This document shows, piece by piece, positions 58,274-64,000 of a DNA stretch of 64,000 nt. The stretch is taken from NCBI GenBank assembly GCA_002269645.1, contig NIVC01003302.1:1-64000 (forward strand), written 5' to 3'. Both the position numbers and the translations under genes were made by a program. The stretch's first letter is position 1. Each line of letters starts with the position of its first letter. Below the pieces are notes generated by a model. That model did no database searches. It worked only from the letters and a program-made list of their open reading frames with translations, and had not been told where the DNA came from. The stretch comes from Macrostomum lignano. Taxonomy: Eukaryota.

Positions 58274-58516
58274 TCACTGCAAGGTGCACCAAGACTTCTG
58301 CTGCTCTTGCTCAGCGGCACCGCTGCCGCTGCCGCCTCCACCGCCACTGGGGCCTCCGCCCTGCTGGTAGCGCCAGTTGTTGGGGTTCAGCTGGTTGGCA
58401 TGGTTATCCAGATCCGCCTTGGTGCCGGTGCCCTGGTAGCCGGGCTGGTGGCCCTGATAGCGCTCATTGTTGGGGTTGCACTGGTTGGACTTATTGTCGT
58501 TGTTTGACTTGTCCAT
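58274..58516 (-). CDS. Uncharacterised 80-aa N/Q/G-rich micro-protein, paralog C
   Basis: MDKSNNDNKSNQCNPNNERYQGHQPGYQGTGTKADLDNHANQLNPNNWRYQQGGGPSGGGGGSGSG...; CCTTCAG acceptor ~25 nt upstream of the ATG. Confidence 0.85.
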   Translation of the reverse strand: MDKSNNDNKSNQCNPNNERYQGHQPGYQGTGTKADLDNHANQLNPNNWRYQQGGGPSGGGGGSGSGAAEQEQQKSWCTLQ

Positions 58517-58628
58517 GCTGTCGCTGATGAAACAGTGATGCCTGAAGGTTTCAGCCGTTCGGTGGCTTGGAAAGCCGAATTTTGAAGCAAAAATATTAAA
58601 GTGCAAGAAGATGTGATCTCAGATTCTA

Positions 58629-61600
58629 CTAGCAATCTTCGCCCCCCGATGGGGGACATCTGGATAGAATCTCTGTTCTCTACAAGTAACAAAAAAACAG
58701 CCAAAAATCCTTCAAAAAGACAACAGACAAACTGCTCAAATGAAGTGCATTGCAAAAAGAAATCATCCCAAGACCGCAAGCATCCCCCAGATAGCAAGCA
58801 TCCCCCAGATAGCAAGCATCCCCAAGATAGCAAGCATCCCCAGATAGCAAGCATCCCCAAGATAGCAAGCATCCCCCAGATAGCAAGCGTCCCCCAGATA
58901 GCAAGCATCCCCCAGATAGCAAGCATCCCTCAGATAGCAAGCATCCCCCAGATTTCAAGCATCCCCCAGATAGCAAGCATCCCCCGGATAGCAAGCATTC
59001 CCCAGAGAGCAAGCATCCCCCAGATAGCAAGCATCCCTCAGATAGCAAGCATCCCCCAGATAGCAAGCATCCCCCAGATAGCAAGCATCCCTCAGATAGC
59101 AAGCATCCCCCAGATAGCAAGCATCCCCCAGATAGCAAGCATCCCCCAGATAGCAAGCATCCCCAAGATAGCAAGCATCCACCAGACAATAAGTAGCTAG
59201 TGCGACAATTTCCTTAGCATTATAGCGGCTCCTTTAAAATTCGCTTACTTTTACGTTTGAAATTGTGTATCTTTTATGTTTAACAGGGTGGCTCTTTTAT
59301 GTTATACATTGTGGCTCTTTTATGTTATACATTGTGGCTCTTTTTTGTTCTACGCTCGTACATGGTAACTCTTTTATGTTTGATACGGTGGCTTTTCAAT
59401 GTCTGACATGGTGGCTCTTCTATGTTTGACATGGGGGCTCTTCTATGTTTGACATGGGAGCTCTTCTATGTTTGACAAAGTGGCTTTTTAATGTTTGACA
59501 TGGTGGCTCTATTATGTTTGACATGGTGGCTCTATTATGTTTGACATGGTGGCTCTTTAATGTTCAAAAAGTTGGCTCTTTTATGTTTGACATGGTGGCT
59601 CTTTAATGTTTGACATGGTGGCTCTTTAATGTTTGACATGGTGGCTCTTTAATGTTAGACAAAGTAGCTCTTTAATGTTTGACATGATGGCTCTTAAATG
59701 TTAGACATGGGGGCTCTTTACTTTTTGACATGGTGGCTCTTTAATGTTGGACATGGTGGCCTTTAATGTTAGACATGGTGGCTCTTTAATGTTCGACATA
59801 AAGTCACTTATATGTTTGACATGGTGGCTCTTTAATGTTTGACATGGTGGCTCTTTTATGTTCGACATGGTGTCGCTTCAATGTTCGACATGGAGTTACG
59901 TATATGTTTTACATGGTGACTCTTTTATGTTCGACATGGTGGCTCTTTAATGTTTGACATGGGGTCTCTTCAATGTTTGACATGGAGTTACGTATATGTT
60001 TGACATGGTGGCTCTTTAATGTTTTACATGGTGGCACTTTCATGTTTGACCTGGTGGCTCTTTAATATTTGACATGTTGGCTCTTTTATGTTTGACATGG
60101 TGGCTCTTTTATCTTTGACATGGTGGCTCTGTAATGTTCGACATGGAGTCATGTATATGTTTCACATGGTAGCTCTTAAATGTTCGACATGGTGGCTCTT
60201 TAATGTTCAACATGGAGTCATGTATATGTTTGACATGGTGGCTCTTAAATGTTCGACATAGTGGCTCTATAATGTTTGACATGGTGGCTCTTTAATGTTC
60301 GACATGGCGTCATGTATATGTTTGACATGGTAGCTCTTGAATGTTCAACATGGAGTCATGTATATGTTTGACATGGTGGCTCTTAAATGTTCGACATGGT
60401 GGCTCTTTAATGTTTGACATAGTGTCTCTTTACTGTTTGACATGGAGTCATGTATATGTTTGACATGGTGGTTCTTTAATGTTAGACATGGTGGCTCTTT
60501 TATGTTTTGCATGGTGGCTCTTTTATGTTCGACATGGTGTCTCTTCAATGTTTGACATGGCGTCATGTATATGTTTGACATGGATGCTCTTGTATTTTTA
60601 ACATGTTGACTCTTTAATTTTCGAAATGGTGGCTCTTAATTGTCTAACATGGAGTCACGTATATGTTTGACATGGAGTCATGCATATGCCTGATATGGTA
60701 GCTCTTTAATGTTTTACATGGAGTCACGTATATGTTTCACATGTTGGGTATTTTATGTTTGACATGGTGGTTCTTAAATGTTCGACATGGTGGCTCTTTA
60801 ATGTTTTACATGGTGGCACTTTCATGTTTGACCTGGTGGCTCTTTAATGTTTGACATGGTGGCTCTTTAATATTTGACATGGTGGCCCTTTTATGTTCGA
60901 CATGGTGGCTCTTCAATGTTTGACATGGAGTCACGTATATGTTTTACATGGTGGCTCTTTTATGTTCGACATGGCGTCATGTATATGTTTGACATGGTAG
61001 CTCTTGAATGTTCAACATGGAGTCATGCATATGTTTGACATGGTAGCTCTTGAATGTTCAACATGGAGTCATGTATATGTTTGACATGGTGGCTCTTAAA
61101 TGTTCGACATGGTGGCTCTTTAATGTTAGACATAGTGTCTCTTTAATGTTTTGCATGGTGGCTCTTTTATGTTCGACATGGTGTCTCTTCAATGTTTGAC
61201 ATGGAGTCATGTATATGTTTGACATGGTGGCTCTTGTATTTTTAACATGTTGGCTCTTTAATGTTCGACATGGTGGCTCTTTAATGTCTAACATGGAGTC
61301 ACGTACGAGTATATGTTTGACATGGAGTCATGTATATGTCTGATATGGTAGCTCTTTAATGTTTTACATGAAGTCACGTATATGTTTCACATGGTGGCTA
61401 TTTTATGTTTGACATGGTGGTTCTTAAATGTTCGACATGGTGGCTCTTTAATGTGTTACATGGTGGCACTTTCATGTTTGACCTGGTGGCTCTTTAATGT
61501 TTGACATAGTGTCTCTTTAATGTTTGACATGGAGTCATGTATATGTTTGACATGGTAGCTCTTGAATGTTCGACATAGAGTCATGTATATGTCTGCCATG

Positions 61601-62770
61601 GTGGCTCTTTAATGTTAGACATGGTGGCACTTTCATGTTTGACCTGGTGGCTCTTTAATGTTTGACATGGTGGCTCTTTAATATTTGACATGGTGGCCCT
61701 TTAATATTTGACATGGTGGCCCTTTAATGTTCGACATGGTGGCTCTTCAATGTTCGACATGGAGTCATGTATATGTTTGACCTGGTTGCTCTTTAATGTT
61801 TGACATGGTGGCTCTTTAATGTTCGACATGGTGGCTCTTTTAGGGTTGAAATGGTGGCTCTTTAATGTTTGACATGGTGGCTTTTTAATGTTCGACATGG
61901 TGGCTCTTTTATGTTCGACATGGCGTCATGTATATGTTTGACATGGTAGCTCTTGAATGTTCAACATGGAGTCATGTATATGTTGGACGTGGTGGCTCTT
62001 TAATGTTCGACATGGTGGCTCTTTAATGGTTGACATGGTGGCTCTTTAATGTTCGACATGGTAGCTCTTTAATGTTCGACATGGTGGCTCTTTAATGGTC
62101 GACATGGTGGCTCTTTAATGGTCGACATGGTGGCTCTTTAATGTTTGACATGGTGGCTCTTTAATGTTTGACATTGTGCTTTTTTGTGTTTAGCATTTTG
62201 TGTTTTTAAGATTTTTGAATAAAAAAATCTTTTTGCACTACTAAGATTCGAACCCAGGTCGTAGCATTAGCAGTCCAGTCTGTTCGCATCTATGCTATCT
62301 CTTGTCTTGAATTGTGGCCCTTATAATTTAATTTTTATAGCAAATCGGTTAGAGTAAAAAGTTATGACATAATCAATTTTATCAGTCAGCCAGTATCAGT
62401 GTCAATTTAAGTTAGCAATATTGTTACACAATTTAAATCAAGTTTTGTGTGCATTTGTTCGGCACTGTTTTCAACTGGTTGTGATGTAATCTTTATCACA
62501 ATTGGAATTCAGTCAGTCAGTTTTTTCTCTAGCATTCTTACAATGCATTTCAGGTCGAAAGAGCTGCTTGACCTTTGCAAAAAAGCATGTTTTTCGAATA
62601 TTTAATCCCTTTAAAATTGAGCAATTTCTTAGCCAAGATGCATGTACCGTCCCAGGAAAATTTCTGATCGAATGGTGCAAGTTTGAAGAAAATCGATTGA
62701 GCCATTTTTTCTGAAATCTATCGCATACCTACCTACCTACCCACAGACAACTCATTTTTAGTATATAGGA
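58629..62770 (-). mobile_element. Non-autonomous Helitron (same family as 43161-45489) with a greatly expanded 23-mer array
   Basis: 5' TCCTATATACTAAAAATGAG at 62770; 3' CCCCCATCGGGGGG hairpin, then GAAGATTG-CTAG|T at 58629. 18-mer array ~58775-59185; 23-mer TGTTTGACATGGTGGCTCTTTAA array ~59280-62175. Confidence 0.85.
62235..62305 (-). pseudogene. tRNA-Ser(GCT)-like segment inside the second Helitron copy
   Basis: Reads GATAGCATAGATGCGAACAGACTGGACTGCTAATGCTACGACCTGGGTTCGAATCTTAG on the minus strand; homologous to 43931-44002. Confidence 0.6.
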
Positions 62771-64000
62771 CTAGCTAAAGTTTTGCCCCCCTTCGAGGAG
62801 CAGAAATAATTAATATTCGTCTAATATAATATACCTTTTAGCAGGAGTACTTTAAGTGTTTTTCTTAAGCTTAAGCTTAAAATAGGAATTTTTGGAGATC
62901 GTTAATAACGCATTTTAGGTAAAACAAAACTATCAACTTTTTACAGTTTTTTAGTTTAGAGCCCTGTATATGTCAACGTGTTTGATAAAAGTTATTTTAT
63001 TTATTTAGTTTATAAAACCCCCAGATAGCAAGCATCCCCCAGATAGCAAGCATCCCCCAGATAGCAAGCATCCCCCAGATAGCAAGCATCCCCCAGATAG
63101 CAAGCATCCCCCAGATAGCAAGCATCCCCCAGATAGCAAGCATCCCCCAGATAGCAAGCATCCCCCAGATAGCAAGCATCCCCAGATAGATAGCATCCCC
63201 CAAATAGCAAGCATCCACCAGACAATAAGTAGCTAGTGCGACAATTTCCTTAGCATTATAGTGGCTCCTTTAAAATTCGCTTACTATTACGTTTGAAATT
63301 GTGTATCTTTTATGTTTGGCATGGTGGCTCTTTAATGTTTGACATGGTGGCTCTTTTATGTTGACATGGTGGCTCTTTTATACTTGACATGGTGGCTCTT
63401 TACTGTTCGAAATGGTGGCTCTTTTATGTTTGACATGGTGGCTCTTTTAGGTTTGACATGATGGCACTATTATGTTTTGACATAGTGGCTCTTTAATGTT
63501 TGACATGGTAGCTCTTAAATGTTTGACATGGTAGCTCTTAAATGTTTGACATGGTAGCTCTTTTATGTTCAACATGGTGGCTCTTTATTGTTTGACATGG
63601 TGGCTCTTTAATGTTTAACCTGGTGGCTCTTTTATGTTTAACCTGGTGACTCTTTTATGTTTGACATGGCGGCTCTCTAATGTTTGACAAAGTGGCTATT
63701 TAATGTTCGAAATGGTGGCTCTTGAAAGTTTGACATAAAGTCACATATATGTTTGAGATGGTGGCTCTTAAATGTTTGACATGGTGGCTCCTAAATGTTT
63801 GACATGGTGGCTCTTTACTGTTTGAAATGGTGGCTCTTTAATGTTCTACATGGTAACTCTTTTATGTTCGACATGGTGGCTTTTTAATGTCTGACATGGT
63901 GGCTCCCAAATGTTTGACACGGTGGCTCTTTAATGTTCTTTATGGTGGCTCTTTAATATTCTACATGGTGGCTCTTTTATGTTTGATACGGTGGCTTTTT
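62771..64000 (-). mobile_element. Third Helitron copy, 3' part, joined head-to-tail to the previous copy; continues beyond the window
   Basis: Same 23-mer and 18-mer arrays and the same linker (AAGGAAATTGTCGCACTAGCTACTTATTGTC). It has a different 3' tail that ends GCTCCTCGAAGGGGGGC-AAAACTTTAG-CTAG directly before the TC of the next copy. Confidence 0.78.

Overview
Eukaryotic (animal) genomic DNA with GT-AG spliced genes, GC-rich codons and a different minisatellite in most long introns. This style suggests a Macrostomum-type free-living flatworm, but that is an inference and not proven here. Most ORFs in the supplied track are translations of tandem repeats and are not genes. Reconstructed genes, left to right: (1) a synaptotagmin-like tandem-C2 gene (-, 6 exons, no TM segment found); (2) a secreted SUEL/rhamnose-binding lectin (-); (3) two head-to-head F-type (fucose) lectin genes, one disabled; (4) vasohibin (-, 9 exons), divergent from (5) alpha-actinin (+, 13 exons plus a duplicated, mutually exclusive CH2 exon); (6) exportin-1/CRM1 (+, 7 exons, intact); (7) three paralogous 67-80 aa N/Q/G-rich micro-proteins with a doubled DNxxNQxNPNNxxY motif, two of them preceded by paired STAT-type TTCN3GAA sites and a TATA box. 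Mobile DNA comprises an internally deleted PIF/Harbinger, three minisatellite-carrying non-autonomous Helitrons (two joined head-to-tail, two with a visible tRNA-derived segment), two MITEs, a foldback and a Gypsy remnant. Several single-base losses in C/G runs break conserved genes and are best read as long-read consensus errors. The best novelty candidates are the micro-protein cluster with its putative STAT promoters and the actinin mutually exclusive exon.
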